This document shows positions 39,192 through 51,600 of a DNA stretch of 64,000 bases, in pieces. This DNA comes from Vermamoeba vermiformis (Eukaryota), in the NCBI GenBank assembly GCA_045837725.1, contig JBEWZL010000093.1, positions 1 to 64,000 of the forward strand. Direction: 5' to 3'. Below the pieces are notes generated by a model, which worked only from the letters and a program-made list of their open reading frames with translations, did not search any database and was not told the DNA's origin. Position numbers and translations under genes: made by a program. Numbering within the stretch: the stretch's first letter is position 1; each line of letters opens with the position of its first letter.

Positions 39192-42100
39192 TTAATCTGC
39201 TGGTATTGCCCGAATAGCAGAATCGAATAAGTTTACAAAAAATGACAATATATTTGTCAGAGGAAAGATTCTACGATAAGTTAGTCAACTTACTATATAG
39301 CACTTTGATAAAGACTTACCTCCATTTAGTCTCGAGAATGGTGCTGAATTCTTGCTCGATCCAGCCATCCACGACTCTTCGCAAAGTAGCTTCGGAAATA
39401 TTGCGTCCTTCAGCGGATTCATTTCTTTGCAAATAATACGACACCAAGAAGCGAATTCTGCGGACAAGACTTTCGTACAACGAGTAACTCGGTGCCTCTT
39501 TTCGAACCACAACTGCTGCTTTGTGTAGTGGCTTGAAAAATATTGTTTGATATTCTCTATCGTTGCGACTGAGCACTAGCTTGGACATGGCATCGAGAGA
39601 TTCCTTCGAATTTAAGAGTAAGGTTTAACGGATTCGGATCGAGTTCAAAAGTTACCTGCAGAGTAATCATTCCGCCGTCGAATATATCCTTGTATTCGTA
39701 CTTGTTCATGGTATTTTCGTATTTATTCTTGATCTTAACGCTCTTCTCGGCGATAAGTACCTCCAGTTCTTCAATCAAATACGGAATTTTAGATTCGAGA
39801 GCGATCTGATCTTGCAAAATTTCGTCGTTCAATTGTTTCAGCAGATCCTTCTTCTCTCCTTCGATGACGTCCATATTATGAGCTTCGATTTTATTAAATT
39901 CACTAGAACTTTGTTCTATTGGCTGCAATACCATTGAAACTTTAAATTCAGCTTGCAGTCGATCCTAAGAGTCCGATCGTCAGAACGAAAAAAAAACTTG
40001 ATAAAATCATTGTTTAGAGTTTACCTTCAAGTTCTGCAGATATTCTTTATAGAGGTTTTCTTCGCTGAAGTTCTTAGTCTTCGAGTCAAATGCGTTAATG
40101 GCCTCTTTCACCAATTTTTGGTGGTGCGTTGAGAGTGCCGATTGTGAGGCCGGTAGGTCGTATTTAACGGATTTGTATTGCGTCACTGCTTCTTCCATTG
40201 CAGTAGATAACAAGGTCGAGATCAGCTCGTTGTTTGAATTGTCGAGGATTTTGTATTGGTCTTGGACTTGGCCCTAAGAAATAATGAAGGGTTACTAGCT
40301 ATCCTTAAATCTGCGTGTACTTATGATAACATATATGCTAAACCATATTACAATTCACGCACCTCTAATGTTGATTTCATCGCTTCAATTTCCGCAATTT
40401 CTTCTTTCGAGTCGTACGTAGTTAATTCTTTCATGAACTCGCCGCGAACGAATTTGAGGACCTCATTAGCTACAATATAATATTAACACCGTTTGCATGC
40501 GTAAACAGTCAATGGTCATAAATGTACATTTTCTGGCAAGTACGACACTGCTGATCGGCAAATTAATTGTTTTGAAAAGATGAACGGCCTTGTCGAACTG
40601 CGTATCTTTCACGCTAATTATGTGCTGTTTGAATCGGTCTTTCGTCAATTGCAAATGTTTCGTTGCAACGTCGCTCAAGTGCGTCTAGAAAACAATGAAT
40701 AAAAAATTATTTAAGAAAAGTGCTGTTGACACGTACCAACAATACTTTGTTATTCTTCTCCTTAATATTCATATCTTTCAAATAATTCTCGTATATTTTG
40801 ACGTATTTAGCGGTCAATTGTTCGATCAGCTTGTTCCATTCTTTGCGCGGCATCGGGATCTGCGCGACTAAGAACAGAGTGTTTGAAAACTGATCGGCGC
40901 AGTACTCGCTCAATTGACTGTGACTCGTGTTCACAAAGAGGTCCCATATTGACGCTACTTGAGGGAACGAGTTCGTGTTGGATGCGTTTACCAAAGATCT
41001 GATCAGCCACGAAAACTCTGCACGAAATCCCGTTAGCCATATAAATTTCGTTTAAATACTACTATATTATGCACGATATATCTTACTTGGACCGCTAATG
41101 GGCTCATCAAAAACTTTTTTCGGCTTAATGTTCGAGAAGATCTGGATGACGCAGCGTTATTACGTAACTGACAAAAATAGTGCTATTGTAATCTTACGTC
41201 GGTTTTTAATTGCTGCATATCGTGCTTGAAGTCCTCTGCCAATCCGTCTGCCGGAGTTTTGCTCAGATCTTTCAGTGCCGCGAGACTTTTATGGGGAATA
41301 GGCAATGTTTTGCAGTTAATGGAGCTGAATAAATTCTCTACGATATTTTTAGGCGAATTTTCACTGCGCTTGCCGCTCAAATACTGTTCGAGCCAATCTT
41401 GAGGTGTCTTTCCGTTCAGATCTTGATAAAAATCTCTGACAAGCCACAAAAAGTCTGGAAAATCGATAAAATTGTTCTTGGAGCTGGAGAAGTCCCTATA
41501 ATCAATAATTATTCGGTTAAATTAAACTGCCAACGAAATAATAATGCACGTACTTTTCATCGGCTTGCAATGCAGTTCTTAACTGAAACAATTGCGTTCG
41601 TTGCGCTAATAAAGTATTCAATATTAAGGAATAAATATTTAAAGTAAATTTTGTAATGACTAGTCATCGTTTTTTTTAAAAAGGATATTTGATGTATTCC
41701 GCAGAGGCCTGATCGATGATTTTGATGGTATTAAATATCAAATAGCTGCTCAACTGCGTCGTGATTGAAAATAGCTTGGCGTCGTAGTTCTCTGAAGCTC
41801 CCAAACCGAAAAATCCTTCGCAGTCTAACAAAAGAATTGATTTGCCGTTCACTTTCATCGGCTCTTTCCACGCCCATATGCCCTATAATATTTATTAATG
41901 TATTATTATTGAAATACACGATTAAGATCGTCTTACCATCGTTTGTGGATCAATCGTATCGCCCACACAAAATCCATCGTTTTGACCGTGCAATTGGTTC
42001 AATAAAAAGCTCTTGCCAGTGTGATACGGGCCAATGACTATTAAAATAAAAATATGTAAATAAAATTACTGGTATTCCTGGCTATTTAGAGATTTTGTCA

Positions 42101-42348
42101 TTAATCGAATTGAATTTCAGTTTGTGCCGTCAAAATAAATCCGAATAATTACCTCCAATTACATATAAATTATCTTCAATCAATTCTATGTGTGAAAGTG
42201 CCTCCTCGTTAACTTCTAACAAAGATCGATCTTCGAGTGAAGGCCGAACAAGCTGCAGTGATGAAGCAGATGTGCACGTACAACTGACATAATTAAATAA
42301 ATATATAAATAAATAAAAAATCGATAAATAGCGAGTGCTCTTGCTCAT
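39192..42348 (-). CDS. Guanylate-binding protein / atlastin-family large GTPase with hydrophobic N-terminus and long helical region (copy A)
   Basis: 'SLQLVRP...LEVNEEALSHI', P-loop 'IGPYHTGKSFLLNQL', 'T.GIWAW', 'LLDCEGF', 'YDAKLFSITTQLSSYLIFN', 'FPDFLWLVRDF', 'LPIP', followed by many helical exons. Confidence 0.85.
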
Positions 42349-42450
42349 GGTGTAAGATGACAAAATTTTACTCTTTTTCTTTCGATTTTTGTGCTTGTTT
42401 TTCTTCAGCTCTTGGTCAATGAGGCACCAGAAATAATATTTTATACAAAG

Positions 42451-45400
42451 ATGTCGAGGAGAGGAGTATTGTGCCTGCTTATTATTGGCACGATAATTCT
42501 TCAAGCGGCATCTCAGAATATCGCCACAGCTGTTCAATTAGTGCGGCCTGACAGCTTGCACTTTCAATTGGAATTGGTGCCCGAGTCCCTACAGACATTA
42601 CAGAATATTAATACCGAAGTAGCTGTGCTGGGAGGTACGAATTGAATTTATTTTTGATTTTAGAATTCAATCACAAATCTTTTTAATGTCTAGTATTCAC
42701 TTATTACGCACTTATTAATTGCAATAATAAATATTTAAATTATTTTAAAATATTTTTGTCAAACAAGTGATTTTTGTGCTGGATTGAAAAATATCTTTTC
42801 TGATCTTGGTTTCTTTTGCTAGTGGTTGGTCCGTATCACTCAGGAAAGAGTTATTTGCTCAATCAATTGTTACAAAGACAAAATGCCTTCGATATTGGCT
42901 CGTCAGTCGATCCAAAAACACGCGTAAGTCGATCTAGCCACCAAAAGCCTTTATTAATTATTCTACTAGGGAATATGGATGTGGACCGAGCCAATAATAT
43001 ATGGTGGCAAGACTATAATATTATTGGACACCGAAGGATTTTTTGGTTCGAACGTGTCGGAAGTTTACGACGCGAAAATATTCTCAGTGACAGCGCTGCT
43101 GAGTAGCTACATGATTTATAATACGGTTAGGACGGTAGATCAGGCCACGATAGATTATATAGAGTACGTATTATCCTAATCAATACTTTAAAATTCAAGA
43201 TCTGATCGTGGATTTGTTTTTAGATTATTGGCTCGACGCACGCAGTTATTTAAATTGAAATCTAGCGACACAAAAACATCGAGTAACAGCGCTCCTATTA
43301 AATTCGACTTTCCCTTCTTTCATTGGGTGATCCAAGACTTTGTGCACAACATGTCCGCGGAACAAGCCACGAAGTGGTTATTGAACTCCATGAAATGTAA
43401 GCTGGTACCAAAGACTATTATTTTACGAAATTATCAATATTTAAATCGTGTTTAATCAACTAACAATTTTCGTGCTTTAGCCAAGCACACGGATGCAGAA
43501 AACTACGAAGAGGGATTGCTCGAAATATTCGAAGAAGATAACTTGGAGTGCACGACATTAGTGTATCCACAAACTGACTCGGAGAAGTTGAAAGACTTGA
43601 GCCGAATCACTGACGAAGAACTGCTCGTTGAATACCGCGAGCAAATGGCTCAACTGCGCAAACGAGTAAGTACGAAGTAGTAATAATAACGTGCATATTC
43701 CACGGATTGATTTTGCTAATTTTTTGCGTCAGATCTTGGACCGGATCGGCTTCAAAAAAGAAAGTCAAAAAGCGTTGTCAGGCCCTGCCTTCGTCGTGCT
43801 ATTGCAAACACTCGTTGAAGCGGCTAATTCGGACAAATTCCCGTCGATGCCGTCAGTGTGGAACTCGTTTATTGAAAGCAGCAGAAAAGACGCGAGAGAA
43901 TTTGGCGTGCTCAAATACAAAGAGAACTTGGCTGAATTGTTGCAGGTACGTTATAGGACTTCATCCATATGATGATGCAATCGTGGCAATATATTCTTAT
44001 GGCTGATCATTAATCCTATTCTATCTGAAGGCAATCGGTCTGGCCAATCAAGAAGAGTTCGAGCAAATTCATCTCAAAGCAGTAAAAACAGCGCAGGAAT
44101 TAATGGCCAAACAACTGTACGGACTCGTGGATTCAATTGATGAAGATTGGCAGGACGTGCAGGTACGCTGGCAATATTTTTTGAACTACGACAATGAACT
44201 AATACTGTTTTTTTCGTAGGTTAAAATCAGACTCGAATACGAGTACCACAAACTGATCAATCAAAATGACATTGAACGGCATTTGATTGCACAAAAATCG
44301 AGTATTGTGCACGACGAACAAAGAACAGATTAAAGCCATCCAATTGCCCAGATCATCGAACGACCTCAAAAAGATGGGTACGGCGAGTAGCTCTATCTGG
44401 CGAGTCACGTGCTCTTACTTACTCATAATTTCCTTTTGTAGAGTTGTCGACCGTTGCTCGCGCACAAGACGAATTCAAAAAATCGACGAAAAAGTTCAGC
44501 ACGGCAACCAGATATCAAAATCTAATCGAGGAGTTAGAGGTACGTAGCTGTTACTAACGACTATACTAGGCACTAACGGCGCTAACTTCATTGTGTTAAA
44601 GCATGAAATTCGAGGTCAATTTGCACAAGTCTCAATGGAGAACTCGAATTTGATCCAACTGTACTTAAAAGACAATGTCGATGCAGTCGAACAACAGTTC
44701 AAAGCTGAACAGGCTGCTAGAGCCATTGATCGTGCTATTACCCCGCAACAGCTCGAGAGTGAACTCAGCGCTAAAAAAACCAAGTATTTGAACGAGTTTA
44801 AGGCGAGGACGGAGGTTTATAAAGAAGAGACTGTATACAAGCTATTCGAAAATAATATCGAGGTACGTATTAGTGTAGAACAATTTGTCTCGAGATCTCA
44901 ACGGCAAACTAATAATTTGCCTTATTTAGACACAACTCGACAACGCGATCAAGATGATCAAAGACAAGAACAATGAACTGATCGAAAAGAGTGTTGCAGA
45001 GCTTCACTCGCGTTTAGAATCACGTGCCTTACAACAGATGAGCGACATTGACGCTTTCGACGTCGACGATCTAGCGCGCGACTTAGAGCAAGTTAGAGAT
45101 ACTGCCATTAACGAGTACAAGAACACTATGAAAGATTTCTCCGGAACTAATTCGTACAAACTGCATCTGTACGAGCTGAACGTAAGATCTTGCTTTTATT
45201 TCTTCTTTTTCACAGTACTTAATCGTGATTCTTAGGATATTTTAAATGGAAAGAAAGATCAGTTAATTAAGCATCGCATTGCAGAACTCCAAGACAAGTA
45301 TGAGGCACATCTAAGGAAAGCCCACGACGAGATCGAGGCAAATTTCGTTTGTGGAGATTGGCAAACAACGCGCAGCAAGGCAATTAAAATCCTGCAGCGA

Positions 45401-45697
45401 CAGCTTTCCGATTTGGGCGGTATGAAAGTCTTTTAGAGTCCTTAATCCACCGCGAAATTATTTTTAGTAACCGTTTTTTGATAGTGAGCAAATCCTCGGG
45501 GCTAAAATTATCAGAAAAATACGTTGATAAGGCGATCAAGGACCTATTCGATAAGTAAGTACTAAGTTTGGTGGATGCTTCGACTTACCGTAACTAAATT
45601 TTTGCAAAGCAAATGCCCGACCGGAGGATCTTGGCTGTGGATTGTGATCGTCGTTGTAGTCATCGTCGGACTCTTATTTGTCTTCCGAAGAAAATAA
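42451..45697 (+). CDS. Guanylate-binding protein / atlastin-family large GTPase with signal-like N-terminus and C-terminal transmembrane anchor (copy B)
   Basis: MSRRGVLCLLIIGTIILQAAS; 'VQLVRP'; 'VVGPYHSGKSYLLNQL'; 'GIWMW'; 'LLDTEGF'; 'YDAKIFSVTALLSSYMIYN'; 'FPFFHWVIQDF'; helical exons; ends 'GSWLWIVIVVVVIVGLLFVFRRK*'. Confidence 0.87.
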
Positions 45698-46111
45698 AGG
45701 AGCATTAAAGAGGACGAACAAGACCAATTTTCGATGTCTTCTCGGATGATGCTCCTTCAGCGCTAAATTAAGCCGCCGAATATGGTTAAGAAGATTGCCT
45801 AGCAGTAAGTCATCATATTCAATTTACCCGCTATACTTTAATGAGAGATTAAAGCGAAATACCGCGCGTCCAGATTTTAGATCTAAAACGTGATAATTGA
45901 ATCACTTTTATAACTAATTTTATTTAAACCTAGTTTTCCTAAGATAAGCATCGGATAATACTTTTTAGTTATAGGATTGCCTGCCCCGCGTCTCTTCGTT
46001 GAACAAGGCGAGAGATTTGGAAATTATTGCAATAATTGCCGTGGGAGGAAATCGGTGATTGATTCGTTCATTAAACAAAAGTGAATTCAGTCTATACATA
46101 ACTTCGACACG

Positions 46112-48520
46112 ATGGCCACACCTGTCACTAACTCCACCGCAGCTCCGATCGTCTACACAGCTGACGGCGCTGACAATGCTTGGGTGCTCGTAAGCTCCGC
46201 GCTTGTATTTCAGATGATTCCTGCGCTTGGCTTGTTCTACGGTGGCTTGACTAACTCTAAGAACATTTTGAATACTATCATGTTGTCTATGGTCTGCGCC
46301 GGCATCATTTCCATTCAGGTAACTCAATAATTTCGGAGCTCGATCCACCATTTGATTTTCATCAAATTAATTGCAAATAAGATGATGTGATGTTTTAGAC
46401 CACCGTTAACAATATGACGGGCCTATCCGTTGCACGGATGCGGTTCCGTTAAGCTGACGATCTCGTAACATTATTTTAACGATAATTTTATTATTAGTGG
46501 CTCTGCTGGGGTTACACCTTCGCTTTCGGTCCAGGTAAGCAGTGATAACAATATTGCATTCCTAGGTCCTTTTATTTTATGCATAATTTTGGATGTCTCT
46601 TTCAGTTAAGGAAATTAACTTTTATCACTAAAAATGGATGTAGCTTCGCTGCGACGTCCGAAGTGCAACTTGTTTCGTGCCCTTGGTTAATTGAATATTA
46701 CTCATAATTTTCCGAGCTGTTTTATTGTTTAGACCTCGTGTCAAAGCTTCCAAATCACTCCGAGCTAAATCCGGAGCAGATGCGACAAATACTTGCAAAT
46801 ACCATTGAAATCACACTACAGTGCTTATTACATAATACTAATATCGATCAACATTAAGGTTTAATTTTAAATTTTTTTATCACTAAAAAGATTCTCTGGT
46901 TGCAAGCATTGCTCATCCGGAAATATTTTATTAATACAATTATTATTTTTAGGCAACAGCGTATGGGGTGATTTCACTTACGGTGGCTTGAAGGGTGTTG
47001 GAGCAGATCCCAATCCGGATTACGCTCCAACGGTATCACATCTCAACTTTTGCTTGTTCCAAATGATGTTCGCGGCCATTACTCCAGCGCTTATTTCTGG
47101 TGCTGTTTTGGAGCGCATGAAGTTCTCTTCGTACGTTATCTTCATCTTTGTGTGGTCTACTTGCGTCTACGATCCCATCGCGCACTGGATTTGGTCTGCT
47201 TCGAACGTGACTCACCCTGATGACCCCATGAATGTCGTAAGTACCTTAAGTGCATATCTAGTACATATATTAATGCGCTACAGGGCTGGTTGCGCCAATT
47301 GGGCGTGGTTGATTTTGCGGGAGGCATTGTGATCCACTTGACGGCTGGATTCAGCTCAATTATTGCCACACTTATCATTGGCAAGCGTCGCAACACTCCT
47401 CAAGAGAAGATTCACGCGCACAACATTCCGTTCGTGCTCATCGGCGCTGGCTTGTTGTGGTTCGGCTGGTTCGGTTTCAACGGAGGTTCAGCTGGTGCAT
47501 CCAGCAGTGTTGCCGTGCAGGCCGCGTTCAACACTCAAATTGGAGGTACGTTTTTAATTCCCAGTATTCATAGTGTTAATATTCACCTTTGCTATCGTCA
47601 CAGCTGCCATGGGCATGTGTGTTTGGATGTTGCTCGAAGTCATTTTTACGCCGCACCACAAAGTCACCACAGTCGGTGCTGCCACTGGCGCTATTGTCGG
47701 TCTCGCGACGATCACACCTGGTGCTGGCTACGTCACCTCTCAGGCTGCTCTCGCGTTCGGCTTCCTCGGTCCTGCTTTGACTTTCTTGACCACTCGATTC
47801 AAGCACAAATTGGCCTACGACGACGCTTTGGTAAGCTGAGAACGCCGTCGATGAACAACAAATCACGTACTAACCATTCTGTTCTCAATTAGGACGTGTT
47901 CGCTGCTCACGGTATCGGTGGTGCTACTGGTGCAGTGTTGACCGGTGTCTTCGCGACCACTGAGGTTAACACCGTCAGCGGTGCTGTCGACGGCAATGGC
48001 ATGTTGATTGGTGAGTATTTATTGCTAGTGCCTGTAGTTATTCAATCTAATGTGACCTCGTTCAGTCTGGCAAATCGTTGCTTGTGGTGTGGCTATGGCA
48101 TTGAGTGGCTTGATCACTGCGGTCACTTTGTTGATTTTGAAGGCTACTTTGGGCTTGCAAGTCAGCGAGAACACCGAAGATCACGGTCTCGACAGCAAAT
48201 ACCACGAAGAAGAGGCTTATCACCTCGGTGAGCCCTTGGTCGAATTGCACTCGGAGTCTTCATCCACCACGCCTTCGCATAGTGGTACCAGCCCCACTCT
48301 CGTCAACTCGCAAGATCATTTGTTGAAGAACAACGTGCAGGCTCAACAAAGCAACAGCCGTCCTGTGGTTAACGCTGGCACGAAACAGGTCACCCAACCG
48401 GTCGAGTCTAGCAGCCAAGAGCAAAGCGAAGAGCAGTCGAGTTCACAACAACAAAGCAGCTCACAACAATCTTCGAGCAATCAAAGCTCTGAAGAGGCTT
48501 CTGATTCCTCAGACTCGTAA
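46112..48520 (+). CDS. amt: Ammonium transporter (Amt/Mep family) with Ser/Gln-rich C-terminal tail
   Basis: 'DNAWVLVSSALVFQMIPALGLFYGGL', 'FQMMFAAITPALISGAVLER', 'YDPIAHWIW', 'DFAGGIVIH', 'LLWFGWFGFNGGS', 'GLATITP' and 'DDAL.VFAAHGIGG', with both pore histidines present. Confidence 0.97.
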
Positions 48521-48615
48521 AGTCAAACAAACTCATCACATTGTAATTTTTTAGCCCTGTAGTAAATTTTGTCCATAGTTCGAAATAACTTCATGATCTT
48601 ATTTATTCTTGCAAT

Positions 48616-51600
48616 CTAATTCAACACAGGAGCTAATTTCGGGTGCTTCTTCGCTGCGGTCATGAGTTTATCAAACAGCTTGTCCAGCGTTGCAATACGA
48701 TTGTCAATCGCGTTCTCAAGCTCCGCAACTGCGAGTTGCTTCATGCCTGGAGAGCCATGACGATTGCCAGCTTCTTCAATCTTCTTCTCGATGGCCTCGT
48801 TCTGCGTGTCGAGAATTTGTTGGTATTTGACGAAGTGTTGGCGGATCTGTGCGGTGTACTTCGTCACTTCCTCCGCGACTTCCTTGATTTTCTTTTCTTC
48901 TTCGAATTTAAGATCGAGACACAAAGCCTTCATCACAGGCACAAAGTTGAAGTCTTTCTGTGCGATCTAACATCAAAAGGTAAATATTAGACAATCGCAC
49001 ACCGAGATCGATCAACGCACCTTATCAGCTACGTATTGTTCTGGTCCCGTGTATTCAGTACGATCTTTTCTTCGCAGGTACATGTTGAAGTTCAAGTAAT
49101 GCCATAAATTGTGATCGTGGAAGATGTGTTGTTCAAAGTCATAGCCTTGTCGCTCAAACACGTCGCGTTGAATGCCACACATGAAGCAACGGTTTTGGTT
49201 GTCTTCATCAAGCATTTGATTCTCCGCGCGTAACTCTTGGAACGTGTCAATGATAATACCAAAGATCAACTTCAGCAGGATGACAATGATCAAAATGAAG
49301 AACGACAGATCGTAGACGAGACGCCACGAGTACTGCGGACTAGCAAATGAATGGGGCGATAATAGACCACCAAGACCTCCGCCAGTACGAAGTCCATAAT
49401 TGAACACGGTCACGAGGCACATGGCCAGTGATTGGCAGATTAGCTGGTCGTCTTGAATGAAATCTTCACGGAAGAACAAGAAGCCCATGATGGCGTAGAT
49501 GTACAGTACCACGGCAGAGAGTAACAACTAATCCAGGTCAGTGGAGTACTTCAATTGGGGCAGGACTTACCGTGAGAATGATCGACTTGATGTTGACTGT
49601 CACGGATCTGATGACTTCTTTGAGTAGAGCATTGCGTACCACGAGATCAAGTAAGTGGAATGCGAAGAAATAAGGATTGCCTGCGGGCAACAAGAAGACG
49701 CCTAACACGGCACACAGCACGTAGCAGAAGTAAAACGGCACTCGTCCCGCGCTGAGGAAGTGAGCGGCAGTGAAAATCACGTTCTTTGTGTTCTTTGCGT
49801 CCAGTTCCTCCCACGAGGCCTGGTGAATGTTAATACGGGACTTAACAACAAATGAGTTCTACTTACTCCTCGCTCTCGCCATCGCTTTCTCTGCTCCAAT
49901 TGTCCATCGCTCATTACATTGACGTAAAAGATTAACACGGCGCCGGCTATTTGAAGCAAGCCAAGTAATAGCAAGCCAAAGAATGCCAAGTAAGACGTAT
50001 TAAATGCATCCGAGAAGGTGATCGATAAGTTGATGATGATCGAGAGCAACAGCGATGCGTTCAGAATATTTTGTTCTTCTTTTGCAACGCGCGAGAAAAG
50101 ACTGTTTTGTGCGAGCTTTTCTCGGTGGGTCATTTCTTCGAGCAAATCTTCTGACCGTTCGTAGAAATCCTGAATCTTAGTCTTCTGTGATTCGCGATTG
50201 ACTTGACGAATGAGATCCTCTTTTGACTTGAGCGGCAAGTTGTGGCATACAGGAAGAACTCTGAAATAGACTCGCTCGATGTTGTTGTTGCGTACAATTT
50301 CAACGCTTGCTGAACTTTTCACAAAGAAATTATCGTGGGGAATGGATTGCACCAGCTTTTCCAACTACGAGCGAAACGTTAGAATAGGTAAACGGCGTTA
50401 ACTAGCAAACTTACTTTGCTGTCCGAGTCGTAGGACTCTAACGTCTTGAACAAGAAGTAGAGCAAAAACCCTTCGTTGATGATTGTTTCAGTATGCTCGT
50501 CAACCTCGGTGTCTTCAGTGAGATTAGACTCCACGAATCCGCTGACGAGTTTGAAGTCTTTGAGTAGCTCATCAAAGTTCAGCGAGTTCAGTATGTGCCG
50601 AGGGATGGCAGGGCTTGTATTGCCTTCCAGTAAACTCAACAGAGTGATGAGCATCGACTCTTTCAGCTTGTTAATCTTCGCGTGCTCTACATTCAACGTC
50701 TTCAATCTCCAAATGTAGTTGATGGACTCGCAGAGCTTTGTGCGACTCAGCGTGATTTGATTCTCCGCTGAAGGTCCTTGGCAGTATTCAGTCAATGTCG
50801 CGAAGAGCTGAATGGCGATGTCGATGTTGTTCTTATCGATGCCGCCTTCCAATGACTCCAAGCAGGCTGCTGTCTCGCTGATCAAATCGACGCTCTTTGC
50901 CGAGTACGGTTGCAAGCGCAACAAACTCTGCAGCTCAAGATTGTGACCTTCGCAGAGCAGCTGCAAGAATCTGAGAATTTGCTTGATGAAACCGCTATCT
51001 TTCATTTGCTTCTCTTCAGTCTGCTGTTCAAGTGCGGCTTCAGCGATGGACTTTCCAGTGAGTGAAAAACCAAGGCTAAAAGCGGAAACGAGCGCATTCT
51101 TTCGTTCTCGTTTCTGAGAATGAATTTTGCGCTCTTCAAGGTCTTCCAGCAGCTTTCGCATCCTGGTTCGAATTTCTACGAACAAGTCGCAATTAGGATT
51201 GCTTTTGAACGTGATGAGTATCTCGGTTTGCACATGTTTGTTGCCACCATGCAGGAGCGCTATGCCGAACGAAAGAACTTCGTGAACTATGTTGCTATTG
51301 GGTACGTTGATCAACCGGAAGATTAATTGCGTCGCTCCGAGATCGTTGAGTTGGCTCTGATATTTCTCTAGAGCCTCATTTGATGCGTCGATTAGGCCTT
51401 CTAACATAGTGCGTAGTGCTCTCACGGTCATGAGAATGCTCGAGTTGAAGTCTCCGCTCTTAATAACATCTTCTGAGCACACGACTTCAATCAACTTGCG
51501 CAAGAACGCAGTGTCATTGGAGTCGAGATTATGCTTAAACAATTCGACTAAACGAGCTGATTCTTTTTCGTTGGTGAGAGTTGAAGAGCTGAGCAACAGT

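Noticed and set aside
39557-39660. Apparent frameshift in GBP copy A
   Set aside because: Explained by a normal GT-AG intron (ITLQ|ESLDAMSK).
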